Shown one piece after another: positions 49,219-58,812 of a stretch of 64,000 nucleotides of DNA. Below the pieces are notes generated by a model that did not search any database, was not told where the DNA came from, and was given only the letters and a program-made list of their open reading frames with translations. Within the stretch, counting starts at the first letter, position 1; each line of letters opens with the position of its first letter. A program made the translations under genes and the position numbers. Source of the stretch: an uncultured Verrucomicrobiae bacterium (lineage in GTDB: Bacteria > Verrucomicrobiota > Verrucomicrobiia > Limisphaerales > UBA11358); NCBI GenBank assembly GCA_963842445.1, contig CAWJHF010000017.1, positions 11,706 to 75,705 of the forward strand, in the 5' to 3' direction.

Positions 49219-49295
49219 GCGCCCGTAGCTCAGATGGATAGAGCATCTGCCTTCTAAGCAGAGGGTCCCGCGTTCGACTCGCGGCGGGCGCGCCA
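49219..49295 (+). tRNA. tRNA-Arg (anticodon TCT), CCA encoded
   Basis: GCGCCCG-TA-GCTCAGATGGATAGAGC-A-TCTGC-CTTCTAA-GCAGA-GGGTC-CCGCG-TTCGACT-CGCGG-CGGGCGC-G-CCA, folded by hand. Confidence 0.9.
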
Positions 49296-49302
49296 CTTTC
49301 CA

Positions 49303-49338
49303 TTTACGATTGCCGATTTACGATTTACGATTCATTCG
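49303..49338. repeat. ATTNNCG heptamer array directly upstream of the DHPS-like gene
   Basis: atttacg attgccg atttacg atttacg attcatt. The stretch gattgccgatttacgatt is identical to the reverse complement of 517-534. Confidence 0.85.
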
Positions 49339-49340
49339 CG

Positions 49341-50228
49341 ATGCTGACACTGGAACAACTGGCTGAACTCCTCGGAAAAAACCGCGACGCCGCGTCCGCG
49401 CGCGTGAAGGAATTTTCCATCGGAGGCAGACATTTTGCCTTCAATTCACGGGCAGCCTTCATGGGCGTTGTCAATCTCTCGCCGGATTCCTGGTATCGCG
49501 AAAGCGTCTGCCTGACAGCAGAAGCCGCCATTCAACGCGGCAGGATTTTGATCGCGCAAGGTGCGGACATCGTGGACGTCGGCGCGGAATCCACGCTCGC
49601 CCACGCCGCGCGTGCGGATGACGGGGCGCAAAACTCCAAGTTGCTCCCGGTCATCAAGGAACTGCGCACCGCGGACATTCTGGTTTCGGTTGAAACCTAT
49701 TCACCCGCCGTCACGCGCGCCTGCCTCGAAGCCGGCGCAAACATCTTGAATCTCACCGGCACCGACGGCAGTGATGAATTGTATCGTCTGGTTGCGGCGC
49801 ATGACGCAGCGGCGATCATCTGTTATGTGCAGGGCAAAAACGTCCGTGAAGTCGGCGATTTTGATTTCGGCGCCGACCCGATTGAAATGATGGGTTCGTA
49901 TTTTGCGCGGCAGATCGAAATCGCGCAGCGTAACGGCCTCGAAAAAATTCTGCTCGATCCCGGCCTCGGCTTTTACTACCGCAACTTGCAGGACAGCGCG
50001 GTGCGCGTCCGGCATCAGATGAACATTTTCCTGAACACGTTCCGGTTGCGGACGCTCGGTTTTCCGATTTGCCACGCCCTGCCCCACGCCTTTGAATTTT
50101 TCCGCGACGAAGTCCGCTGCGCCGAGCCGTTCTTTGCCATGCTGGCCGCGTTGGGCAAAACCGACTTGTTCCGGACCCACGAAATCCCGCGTATCAAAGC
50201 CGTGCTGGACACGATGAAAGTATTTTAG
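49341..50228 (+). CDS. dihydropteroate synthase-like pterin-binding protein
   Basis: MGVVNLSPDSW (compare GILNVTPDSF), DIVDVGAEST, and LDPGLGF motifs. Confidence 0.65.
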   Translation: MLTLEQLAELLGKNRDAASARVKEFSIGGRHFAFNSRAAFMGVVNLSPDSWYRESVCLTAEAAIQRGRILIAQGADIVDVGAESTLAHAARADDGAQNSKLLPVIKELRTADILVSVETYSPAVTRACLEAGANILNLTGTDGSDELYRLVAAHDAAAIICYVQGKNVREVGDFDFGADPIEMMGSYFARQIEIAQRNGLEKILLDPGLGFYYRNLQDSAVRVRHQMNIFLNTFRLRTLGFPICHALPHAFEFFRDEVRCAEPFFAMLAALGKTDLFRTHEIPRIKAVLDTMKVF

Positions 50229-50240
50229 CCGCCCAAAATC

Positions 50241-50300
50241 AGAGGGCGGAGTTCCACGACGCCTTGATAAAATCAGGGACTCACAGAGCTCGCCCCTCCG
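50241..50300. repeat. palindromic element family C copy spanning the 3' end of the methyltransferase gene
   Basis: agagggcggagttccacgacgcc...gagctcgcccctccg. The last 7 codons and the stop codon of the minus-strand gene lie inside it. Confidence 0.8.
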
Positions 50301-51303
50301 AATTGCGGCAAAGGAACACCCCTTCCTCTTCGGATTTAGTCATCCATTGCCCGCAGACCTCCAAACCATACCGACCAAGAACCACTTGAACTCGCTCCGG
50401 CGTATAACGATACGAGAAGAAAAGCCGGATGGCTTCGCCGGCACGAAAATCAAATGCCTCGTTTTCAATTTCGATCCGGCACGGGCGTGTAAAATGAAAC
50501 TTGGCCACAATGCGTTTCAAGCCGCTGGCTGAATCAGTTTCGATTTTGAAGCGCAGCTTGCCGTCACTGCGCTCGACACCAAGATCGAGCAGAAACATCA
50601 TCAGCCAGTCACGCGTGAGCGGATTGTCGTATTGCGGCAAAACCCTTTTCACTCCGGCGGCATAATTTTTGCCCGGCGCCAGATTCGCGCTCAACAGCAG
50701 AAAATCCTTCGGACGAACCAACGATACGAGCTTCGGCAAAACCTGCTTCGGCTCAAAGTTCGGAATCATGCCGAAAAAAGTGACGAGTGACGGCGTAAAG
50801 CCGCGTGGCGGCCACGCCGCTATACGCGGGTGACGCGTGACGAGAGCTTTGCGCAAATCATCCGCCGTTGCCAGATCGCAAACGAATGGGAAACAATTTT
50901 TCTCCAGCACGACTGCCAGTGCAGTCTGGCGGGCGGTCAAAACCATCGCGGTGCTGACGTCGCACGGCATGTAGAGCACTTCCTTGCCGTGGGCTTTCAG
51001 CAGCTTCAGCAGACGCATATCCTTTTGCCCGCCGCCGCAGCCTAAGCCGATGACCTGAACGCTCTTCGCTGCGATCCGCGCAGCAGCAGCCTTGAAACCT
51101 TTTTCATATACCGCCTGACAATCCGTGTCATTCCACGCCGGCGAATACGTTTGGTGCAGCGCCAGCCATTTTTGGGTTTGCCTGATACTGTCGTAATGAA
51201 ACTTGTGGTTCACGCGCCGCGTGCGCAGCGACTCCAGCAAATCGCGGCGGACCGTGTCGGGAAACTGGCTGCGGTGAATCGTGACGTTGGTGATGGTGCT
51301 CAT
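50281..51303 (-). CDS. SAM-dependent methyltransferase resembling the EgtD/Methyltransf_33 family
   Basis: GLGCGGGQKD (SAM-binding loop), FFGMIPNFEP, and a C-terminal substrate-domain-like pattern. Weak recognition by eye. Confidence 0.55.
   Translation of the reverse strand: MSTITNVTIHRSQFPDTVRRDLLESLRTRRVNHKFHYDSIRQTQKWLALHQTYSPAWNDTDCQAVYEKGFKAAAARIAAKSVQVIGLGCGGGQKDMRLLKLLKAHGKEVLYMPCDVSTAMVLTARQTALAVVLEKNCFPFVCDLATADDLRKALVTRHPRIAAWPPRGFTPSLVTFFGMIPNFEPKQVLPKLVSLVRPKDFLLLSANLAPGKNYAAGVKRVLPQYDNPLTRDWLMMFLLDLGVERSDGKLRFKIETDSASGLKRIVAKFHFTRPCRIEIENEAFDFRAGEAIRLFFSYRYTPERVQVVLGRYGLEVCGQWMTKSEEEGVFLCRNSEGRAL
50774..50844 (+). repeat. GTGACGN heptamer element (family G) with an internal hairpin, inside the methyltransferase gene
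   Basis: 50774-50791 is identical to 7961-7978, and 50828-50844 matches 7979-7995 at 15 of 17 positions. The extra 36 nt in between contain gcgtggc-g-gccacgc. Confidence 0.9.
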
Positions 51304-51309
51304 GCGCTG

Positions 51310-51738
51310 CTACCTTTGCGGGAAAATCTGGTAGAGCAGGAGATAGACAATCACCCCGGTCACGGAAACGTACATCCACAACGGCCACGTCCAGCGCGCG
51401 ATTTTTTTGTGAAGCTCGAAACGCTGCAATCGCGCGCGGTTCAGCGTCACCAAAATCATCGGCACGATGACAACGGCCAGCACGGTATGCGTGAGCAGAA
51501 TCGTCAGGTAAATCGGGCGGAACCATTCCGGATCACGGAAATGTGTCACCGTCCGAACGGTGAAGTGGTAAGTCAGGTAACACGCCAGAAAAAAGATAGA
51601 GGTCACGAACGTCGCTATCATGCAGTTGCGGTGCGCAGTTTTGTTTTTGCGCCGGATGAAAACAAAACCGGCGGTCAGGAAAATCGCGCTCAGGCCGTTG
51701 AGCGAGGCATTGACGGCGGGCAAATCATGAACGTTCAT
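51310..51738 (-). CDS. DUF420-family membrane protein (commonly found in cytochrome oxidase clusters)
   Basis: LPAVNASLNGLSAIFL, HRNCM, and HKKIARWTWPLWMYVSVTGVIVY follow the DUF420 pattern. Confidence 0.75.
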   Translation of the reverse strand: MNVHDLPAVNASLNGLSAIFLTAGFVFIRRKNKTAHRNCMIATFVTSIFFLACYLTYHFTVRTVTHFRDPEWFRPIYLTILLTHTVLAVVIVPMILVTLNRARLQRFELHKKIARWTWPLWMYVSVTGVIVYLLLYQIFPQR

Positions 51739-52391
51739 CGCTCGCGTTCGAGTTGGCGCACAGTGGCGACAATGCGCGACTGGACATTGGTCCATTCGAT
51801 GCCCTCACCTTCGGTTTCAAAGAGGCCACGCAAGCGCGCGTGTTTGTCCACGACGACAAAAATCGTGGTGTGGATGAACAAATCGGCGGAATTTTTTTGG
51901 TCTTCGGATTTCACCGGAACCGCGCTTAATCTCAAACTGCCGCCCGCCAATCCGGCGATTTCCGCCTTGGTGCCGGTCAAGAACGTCCAGCGGTTGAAGT
52001 TCGCGCCGAAGCGTTCGCCGTATTTTTTCATCACGGGCGGCGTGTCGTAATCGGGATCGGTGGTAAGCGTTATTAGTTTCGCCCTGCTTGCCGGCGGCAG
52101 CGCGTCCTGCAGCGATTTCATCTGCGCCGTCATGATCGGGCATGGCCCGGCACAACGGGTGAAGATGATGTCGGCGCCCCAGACATGATTGGTCAAATCG
52201 GCGAGCGTGGTGACTTGGCCGTCCTGATTGGTGAGCGTGAAGTCGGCAACGTGACCGAGCACGGGCAATGGGTGACGTTGCGTGGTGCTCAGTTCCGTCA
52301 GCGAGAGCACATACGCGACGCACAGCAGGGCGAGAAACAGCACAACGCCGATCCAAAGCGTCCGCGGGAGCCGTTGAAAAATATCGTCCAT
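51735..52391 (-). CDS. SCO1/SenC-family copper chaperone
   Basis: FTLTNQDGQ...IIFTRCAGPCP (CxxxC) and the thioredoxin-like remainder. Confidence 0.8.
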   Translation of the reverse strand: MDDIFQRLPRTLWIGVVLFLALLCVAYVLSLTELSTTQRHPLPVLGHVADFTLTNQDGQVTTLADLTNHVWGADIIFTRCAGPCPIMTAQMKSLQDALPPASRAKLITLTTDPDYDTPPVMKKYGERFGANFNRWTFLTGTKAEIAGLAGGSLRLSAVPVKSEDQKNSADLFIHTTIFVVVDKHARLRGLFETEGEGIEWTNVQSRIVATVRQLERER

Positions 52392-52432
52392 GCCCGGCGC
52401 AATTTGGTCACGCGCACATCGGCGCGTCAAAT

Positions 52433-53200
52433 TTATTCAAAGCTGGTGGCCGCGCCGCTCTTGGATTTGAGCCACTTGTCAAAGTCCGCCTGGCTTTCGA
52501 CAATCAGAAAGCCACCGGTCATTGCCGAATGGCCGTTGCCGCAAAGCTGCGCGCAGTTGACCTGATAGCGGCCGATTTTCGTGGGCGTAAACCAACACGG
52601 AATCCGCAGCCCGGGTATCGCGTCCTGACAGACGCGCATGGCGACGACTTTGAAGGAATGGATCACGTCCTTGGAACTGACATAAACGATGACCGGTTTG
52701 TTGACCGGTACGTGGATTTCATTGAGCGTCTGGATGTCGTCCTTGCCGTTCGGGTCGGACGGGTCAACGCCAAAAACGTTTGTGTCGCTGATAAATTTCA
52801 TGTCCTGCTTTCCGAAAACGCCGTCAGGACCGGCGTAGCGGATGTTCCAGGCGAATTGCTGGGCCATAACGTAAATGACGGTGGAGTTCTTCGCGTCAGG
52901 GAAATGGTCCACGGCCTTTGCCCAGACCGGGATGGCCACGCCAATCAGCAGCACGGCTTCGGCAACAACGACGCCAAGTTCAATATAGTTGGACGCATGA
53001 TTCTTGACGCCAGCGTAATTGGCCTTGGGCTGGCGCGAGGCGCGGAAACGCCAGACCGCGTAACCGAAATAAATCAGCCAGCCGAGGAACAGCGCAATCA
53101 TCAACCAGTGGACATAAACGATCAAGGCGTCAACCGCCTCGCCGTTTTGGGAGGCCAGCTCGGGCATGCCGAGGATATGTTGGGCGAACCACTCGGTCAT
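52433..53200 (-). CDS. ctaC: cytochrome c oxidase subunit II (no fused cytochrome c domain)
   Basis: Two N-terminal TM segments; DVIHSF; CuA site CAQLCGNGHSAM. No CxxCH motif. Confidence 0.85.
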   Translation of the reverse strand: MTEWFAQHILGMPELASQNGEAVDALIVYVHWLMIALFLGWLIYFGYAVWRFRASRQPKANYAGVKNHASNYIELGVVVAEAVLLIGVAIPVWAKAVDHFPDAKNSTVIYVMAQQFAWNIRYAGPDGVFGKQDMKFISDTNVFGVDPSDPNGKDDIQTLNEIHVPVNKPVIVYVSSKDVIHSFKVVAMRVCQDAIPGLRIPCWFTPTKIGRYQVNCAQLCGNGHSAMTGGFLIVESQADFDKWLKSKSGAATSFE

Positions 53201-53445
53201 ACGCCGGAAGGATTTTTCGGGGCCGGATTGTTGCTGTTTTGCGCCTTCTCGCCCCGGACGACGTGGACGAAGAACAGCGCGATGCACGTCAGCACGGTCA
53301 AGATGACGCCGAGCAAGGTGAAGATGCCCCAGTTCATGCCGCTGGCCAGAGGCGAATCGGATTTGCCGTAGCACGCTGCGCAGGCGAACAGCGGCGAAGG
53401 TGCAAGTGCGACGGCGGCAACCAGGATTTTGCGGAGTGATTTCAT
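53197..53445 (-). CDS. small membrane protein in the oxidase cluster
   Basis: 82-aa ORF with a signal-like N-terminus and one TM segment. It has start/stop overlaps with both neighbours. Confidence 0.45.
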   Translation of the reverse strand: MKSLRKILVAAVALAPSPLFACAACYGKSDSPLASGMNWGIFTLLGVILTVLTCIALFFVHVVRGEKAQNSNNPAPKNPSGV

Positions 53446-53627
53446 AGGTAGCTCACGTTTTTCAGTTTCTTCAGAAAATAAATCCCGTAAATAATGACCA
53501 GAATTCCCGCGGCGATTCCGAGCGCGCCGAAGAACGGATGGCCTACGGCAAATCCCCACGCCGCGCAGCCGAACGACAGTGTCGTCAGCAGCGTCACGAA
53601 AATGAGATGGAAGGCTTTCAGCGACAT
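53442..53627 (-). CDS. small two-TM membrane protein in the oxidase cluster
   Basis: 61-aa ORF with two hydrophobic helices, tightly packed between the subunit IV gene and the next small ORF. Confidence 0.45.
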   Translation of the reverse strand: MSLKAFHLIFVTLLTTLSFGCAAWGFAVGHPFFGALGIAAGILVIIYGIYFLKKLKNVSYL

Positions 53628-53628
53628 A

Positions 53629-54003
53629 TTAATGGGTCGTGCCCGCCGGGAAATCGTGCATGGCGTAAACCGTCAGCCACATCAGGGCGGCGGCGAAAAA
53701 CACGGTGAAACCCAGCACAGTGTAAATCATTTTCTTTTCTGAAATCAGGTGCATGAGAAAGCCGGCGACGACAAAGGCGTTGCAGCAGGCAACCGCCAGG
53801 ATAAGGCCCACCTTGACCGGCCAACTGAAGTGCTCCTGCGGCAAGTAAGACGCCCAAATCATCAACGACACGGCGCACAGGACCGCGATGAAAACATAAA
53901 CGCAGGTGCGGATGTAACTTTTCAACTCAACCGGATGTTCGTGCAACACCGATTCGCCTGGGAATGGCGCGTTGTGCGGTTCGGTTGTTTTCAATTCGCT
54001 CAT
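53629..54003 (-). CDS. prokaryotic cytochrome c oxidase subunit IV-like protein
   Basis: 124 aa with three TM segments. Position and size fit the COX4_pro-type subunit. Confidence 0.65.
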   Translation of the reverse strand: MSELKTTEPHNAPFPGESVLHEHPVELKSYIRTCVYVFIAVLCAVSLMIWASYLPQEHFSWPVKVGLILAVACCNAFVVAGFLMHLISEKKMIYTVLGFTVFFAAALMWLTVYAMHDFPAGTTH

Positions 54004-54012
54004 AAAATATTT

Positions 54013-54780
54013 TCAGGTCAAATATAAGACCGGATACAAAAATATCCAGATCAGATCCACGAAATGCCAAAACAGGCCGGAAACCTCGACACGGTTGGTG
54101 AACTGTTCCGGGTTGGTCTTCCACAACCGCCGGCCCGGCCCCCATAGATAGCCGATGACGATGCTGCCACCGAGAATGTGCAGCGCGTGCAGGCCGGTAA
54201 GCGTGAAGTAAAGCGCCAGATACGTGTTGTGCCACGGACCGTAGTTCTCCATGGATTTGATTTGCGAGCGCGGGATTTTGATCTCGTCGCGTGGGATGTT
54301 CTTCTGCGCCCGCAAATCGTAAAGCTCGCTCTCATCGCTCACGTAGCGGCCTTCAATCGTCACGGAGCCGGCGTCGCTCGCCATCATGTGCCCGTCGGCA
54401 ATGCGACCGTCGGTAAGCTTGATTTCGTAGTGAATCCATTTGTCATGGTATTCATACATTTTGATGCCAAGGAACGAGAGCGCCAGCAGCAGCGTGCAGG
54501 CATGGAAAACCTTGAATTTGCCGAACTCGCGGACTTTGCACGCGGCCCACGCGAGCAGCGTCGTGATGGCCGAGAGCGCAAGGATGATGGTGTTGGCGGT
54601 GCCGAGGCGGACGTCGAGCCAGCCGTGCGGCCATTGATCGGCGCCGACGCGCAACAGCACATAACCGGAAAACAAGCCGCCGAAGAGCATGACTTCGGAC
54701 GCGAGAAACAGCCAGATGCCCACCTTGGCATTGTAAATACCCGTGTCCGGCCGGGGATGAATTGCGTAGGGAATTTCCAT
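54013..54780 (-). CDS. ctaE: cytochrome c oxidase subunit III
   Basis: WLFLASEVMLFGGLFSGY and FTLTGLHALHILGG...WHFVDLIW motifs. Confidence 0.85.
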   Translation of the reverse strand: MEIPYAIHPRPDTGIYNAKVGIWLFLASEVMLFGGLFSGYVLLRVGADQWPHGWLDVRLGTANTIILALSAITTLLAWAACKVREFGKFKVFHACTLLLALSFLGIKMYEYHDKWIHYEIKLTDGRIADGHMMASDAGSVTIEGRYVSDESELYDLRAQKNIPRDEIKIPRSQIKSMENYGPWHNTYLALYFTLTGLHALHILGGSIVIGYLWGPGRRLWKTNPEQFTNRVEVSGLFWHFVDLIWIFLYPVLYLT

Positions 54781-54789
54781 GAAAAATTT

Positions 54790-56664
54790 TCAGTGTGCGA
54801 CCGGCACGTGTGGGATTTTCGGAACGGCTGCCGGCATCGGGGCGTCCGGTTCGTTTTGCGGCGTGAAATCCGTGTCGTGGCCGGGTACGCTGTATTCGTA
54901 AGGACCGCGACAAATGTGCGGCGGCTCAGCAAAATTGCCATGCGGCGGCGGCGTGGGCGTCTGCCATTCGAGCGTGGTCGAGTGCCACGGATTATCGCCA
55001 ACCCTTTCACCGTGCTTGATGCTCCAGAACAAATTGAGGATGAACGGAATTTGCGCGATGCCCAGTGCCACCGCTGCCCATAGTATCCAAGTGTGCAGTT
55101 CCATGATGGAACCGGGCAGCGTGTCAATCGCACCCGGCACGCGCGCGGCGGAATAATTCGCGCCGCCGTCGGCCATGCGCCGCAACATGCCCTTGATGCC
55201 CTGCGCGAACATCGGCATGAAAACGAGGTTCATGAAGGCGAACGAGCACCAGAAATGAACGCGGCCCCAGAACTCATTCATCTTCCGCCCGGTCATTTTC
55301 GGGAACCAATAATAAATCCCCGCGAACAATGCGAAAATCGTCCCCGGCGCGACAACGTAATGGAAATGCGCGATGACGTAATAGGTGTCGTGCAGGTAAA
55401 CGTCGCTCGCGTTGAACCCGAGCGGCAGACCGGTCAGCCCGCCGATGCCGAACATCGGCAGGAACGCCAGTGCAAAGAGCATCGGCGTGTTGAACCGGAT
55501 CGAGCCGCCCCACAGCGAAATGAACAGGCACGTCAGAATGATCACCGACGGGATGGACACCGCCATGGTCGTGGCCTGGAAGAACGCGGAAATTTTCGTG
55601 CCCATGCCGGTCAGATACATGTGGTGCGCCCAGACGATGAACGACAGGAAGCCAATCGAGAGCACAGAATATACGAGCGATTTATAGCCCCAGATCGGTT
55701 TGCGCGTGTTGTTGGCGATGATTTCGCAAACCGTGCCCATCGCCGGCAGGATCAAGACATAAACCTCCGGGTGGCCGAGGAACCAGAACAAATGCTGCCA
55801 CAACAGCGGGCTGCCGCCGCCGCTGATGTGCGCCAGTTTGCCGCCCACCGCCAAACCCGTCGGCAGGAAGAAACTCGTGTGCGCCAGGTTGTCCATCAAT
55901 TGCATGAGTGCCGCGGCTTCAAGCGGCGGGAACGCGAGCAGCAGCAGGAACGCCGTCACGAATTGCGCCCAGACGAAAAATGGCATCCGCATCCACGTCA
56001 TGCCCGGCGCACGCAGTTGAATGATGGTGGCGATGAAATTCACCGCACCGAGCAGCGATGACGAGATGAGCAGCACCATGCCGATGATCCAGAACGCCTG
56101 TCCGTGTGTCGGTATCGTCGTGGCCAGCGGCGAATACGAGGTCCAACCCGCCTGCGCTGCGCCGCCTGGGATGAAGAAACTCACCAGCATGACGACACCA
56201 CCAAGAAAATACGCCTGATAACTCGCCATGTTGACGCGCGGGAACGCCATGTCCGGCGCGCCAATCATCAACGGCACGACGTAGTTGCCGAACGCGGCGA
56301 ATGCCAGTGGGACAATCGCCAGAAACACCATGATTGTCCCGTGCATCGCGCCGAACGAGTTGTAAAGATCCGCTGAAATCGCGCCGTTGCCTGCCATCGC
56401 CGGCCCGAGAACTTTTTCCAGAAGCGGACCGATGAAGGGCACCGGCTGGCCGGGATGCGCAATCTGCCAGCGCATCAGCAGCATCAGGAAAAATCCGAAC
56501 AGCATGAAACACAGCGCCGTGAAGCCGTATTGAATGCCGATGATTTTGTGGTCGGTGGAAAAAACGCAGCCGCGCCAGAACCCGGGGTCGTGATGGGCGC
56601 GGTCATCTTGGCCGTGATCGTCATCACCGCGATACGGCGGGAATTGTTCAACCGTCGCATCCAT
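54790..56664 (-). CDS. ctaD: cytochrome c oxidase subunit I (heme-copper oxidase, A-type)
   Basis: WFLGHPEVYVLILPAMG, AHHMY, VIAHFHYV, and other invariant heme/CuB ligand contexts. Confidence 0.95.
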   Translation of the reverse strand: MDATVEQFPPYRGDDDHGQDDRAHHDPGFWRGCVFSTDHKIIGIQYGFTALCFMLFGFFLMLLMRWQIAHPGQPVPFIGPLLEKVLGPAMAGNGAISADLYNSFGAMHGTIMVFLAIVPLAFAAFGNYVVPLMIGAPDMAFPRVNMASYQAYFLGGVVMLVSFFIPGGAAQAGWTSYSPLATTIPTHGQAFWIIGMVLLISSSLLGAVNFIATIIQLRAPGMTWMRMPFFVWAQFVTAFLLLLAFPPLEAAALMQLMDNLAHTSFFLPTGLAVGGKLAHISGGGSPLLWQHLFWFLGHPEVYVLILPAMGTVCEIIANNTRKPIWGYKSLVYSVLSIGFLSFIVWAHHMYLTGMGTKISAFFQATTMAVSIPSVIILTCLFISLWGGSIRFNTPMLFALAFLPMFGIGGLTGLPLGFNASDVYLHDTYYVIAHFHYVVAPGTIFALFAGIYYWFPKMTGRKMNEFWGRVHFWCSFAFMNLVFMPMFAQGIKGMLRRMADGGANYSAARVPGAIDTLPGSIMELHTWILWAAVALGIAQIPFILNLFWSIKHGERVGDNPWHSTTLEWQTPTPPPHGNFAEPPHICRGPYEYSVPGHDTDFTPQNEPDAPMPAAVPKIPHVPVAH

Positions 56665-56751
56665 GTTAATTCATTTCAGCCACACGGGCAGCAGTTTTGC
56701 AATTGGTCATTGGGATTTCTTTGGTCATTCGGATTTGGGCATTGGCCTTTT

Positions 56752-57657
56752 TCACTTCACCTTGTCCCAAACCATCAACGCCAGCAGCAGCGGCAGATAC
56801 AGAATGGACGCCAAAAACAACAGCCGCGCGCGCGCCAATGTGAGTTGCCGCAAAAACTGGATGGCGCACCACAAATAACCCGCGCCCAAGGCCAGTGCCC
56901 CGGCGAGATAAACCGGCCCCGCGAGCTTGAAAACAAACGGCGACAGGCTGACCGCCAGCAACGCCAGCGTGTGGCTCACGGCCTGTTCTCCCGTGCAACG
57001 GCCGGCCGGTTCGACCACCGGCAGCATTTTGAAACCGGCGCGCGCGTATTCGTCCCGGTAAATCCATGCGATGGCCATGAAATGTGGAATCTGCCAGAAC
57101 GCCACAATCGCGAACAATGCCCAGCCTTCGCAGCTCATTTCACCGCGCGCCGCCGTCCAGCCCATCAACGCCGGTAACGCGCCGGGCACCGCACCGATGT
57201 TCGTGTTCAGCCATGTCACGCGCTTCAGCGGCGTGTAGATGAACAAGTAACTGACCAGCGTGACCGCGCCAATGACACTCGTGAGCGGGTTCACGGCCAG
57301 CGCGAGATAAATCAGACCTGCCGTTGCGCACGTGCCGCCGAATAGCATCACTGTCGCGGGCTGTAACCGGCCCGATGGCAGCGGACGGTCCTGCGTGCGG
57401 CGCATCTTCGCGTCGTATTCGCGCTCCAGCAACTGGTTCAACGCCGCCGCGCCGGAGGCGACCAGCGCCGTGGCGGCCAGCATGTGAAACATCAGCGCGA
57501 AATTCATTGCGCCGCGCCAGCCAAGGTAAAATCCGACGAGCGTCGTCAGCAGCACGAGTGTCGTCAACCGGGCTTTGACCAAATCGGCAAAGACCGCCGC
57601 CCGGCTTTTTTCCGTGACCGGGGCCGCGCTTAAAATTCCAGCCGAGATTTCTTTCAT
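56752..57657 (-). CDS. ctaB: protoheme IX farnesyltransferase (heme O synthase)
   Basis: UbiA-type polytopic protein with LNQLLEREYDAKMRRTQDRPLPSGR. Confidence 0.9.
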   Translation of the reverse strand: MKEISAGILSAAPVTEKSRAAVFADLVKARLTTLVLLTTLVGFYLGWRGAMNFALMFHMLAATALVASGAAALNQLLEREYDAKMRRTQDRPLPSGRLQPATVMLFGGTCATAGLIYLALAVNPLTSVIGAVTLVSYLFIYTPLKRVTWLNTNIGAVPGALPALMGWTAARGEMSCEGWALFAIVAFWQIPHFMAIAWIYRDEYARAGFKMLPVVEPAGRCTGEQAVSHTLALLAVSLSPFVFKLAGPVYLAGALALGAGYLWCAIQFLRQLTLARARLLFLASILYLPLLLALMVWDKVK

Positions 57658-57658
57658 T

Positions 57659-58762
57659 TCATTTGTTTGCGGCCAGGGCTGGATGCGCACCCACTATAGC
57701 GGCGCTCTGTGAGCGCCGGTCTTTCGTTCGGCGGTCATGGACCACCGCTACAGATTCCCGAAAAGCAACCGCGCACCATAACGCGCCGGTCACCAGCGAA
57801 AGCGCGCCGACCAGCACGTGCGCTGTCGCCACGTCGGCGGCCTTGTTCGACCAGATGGTCCACGCGCCGAGCGCGATCTGCCCCACAATCAGCGCCAGCC
57901 AAAACACCGCCAGCCGTGTCAAAGAATCCTTTTTACCGAGACGACGCCACGCCTGTTGGACGCATGCCGCGACGCCGATGAAGATCGCCAACGCCACAAT
58001 GCGATGCACCATTTGCAATATGATTTGAAACGCCGTGATCGGGTTTTCAGAAATGACCTCGATGCGGTCAGCGTTGTAGCGAGCAACGGCGGCGGCGCTC
58101 GTGTCCGGCCAGATTGCTCCGTAGGCGGTCGGAAAATCGGGGATTGCCAGGCCGGCGTGCCGGTGTCGCATCGTCGCGCCGAGAATCAGTTGCCCGAAAA
58201 TCAAAATCGTCGTTGCCAGCACGAGCCAACGGAGCGCAGCCGTCCCGGCTGCACCCGGCGAATTCGTGCGGTCAGGCAGGCGGGACGCCTGCGCTACGTT
58301 CTGCCACCAACGGCAGGTGAACAGCGCCAAAGCACAAATCAAAACGAAGAACAATTGCGCGAGCGCGCCGTGAACGATGCCGAGTTTGTCCAAGTGCAGC
58401 GTCACGCGCAGGCCGCCGAGGACGCCCTGCAGCGCAACCAGCACAAACGCGAGTACGCCGAGCCACCGCATCCATTGGCGCGAATCCTTAAACCAGAGCC
58501 AGACCGCAAGCATCGTCGTCAAAAGGCCGATGCCCGAAGCCAGCAGGCGGTGCGTGTGCTCGTAAAAAATGCCGCCCATCCATTTTGAAACCGGAAACAA
58601 AAACATGTTGTAACCGTAGGTGTTCGGCCAGTCCGGCACGGACATGCCGGCTTCGTGGCTGGTGACCATGCCGCCCGAGCCGAGCAGCAAAAACGTGGCG
58701 GCGGCGGTCACCACGATAAACCGGTGCAGCCACGGATTGTAATTTTGCGCATTCGCATTCAT
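57659..58762 (-). CDS. ctaA: heme A synthase (COX15/CtaA family)
   Basis: GGMVTSHEAGMSVPDWP, EHTHRLL, and HRHAG...MVHRIVA are paired His-containing helices. Confidence 0.85.
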   Translation of the reverse strand: MNANAQNYNPWLHRFIVVTAAATFLLLGSGGMVTSHEAGMSVPDWPNTYGYNMFLFPVSKWMGGIFYEHTHRLLASGIGLLTTMLAVWLWFKDSRQWMRWLGVLAFVLVALQGVLGGLRVTLHLDKLGIVHGALAQLFFVLICALALFTCRWWQNVAQASRLPDRTNSPGAAGTAALRWLVLATTILIFGQLILGATMRHRHAGLAIPDFPTAYGAIWPDTSAAAVARYNADRIEVISENPITAFQIILQMVHRIVALAIFIGVAACVQQAWRRLGKKDSLTRLAVFWLALIVGQIALGAWTIWSNKAADVATAHVLVGALSLVTGALWCAVAFRESVAVVHDRRTKDRRSQSAAIVGAHPALAANK

Positions 58763-58812
58763 ATCAAAAAACGGCAAACCCCGGCTCGCGCGCGGGGTTG
58801 CCAAACTTGACG

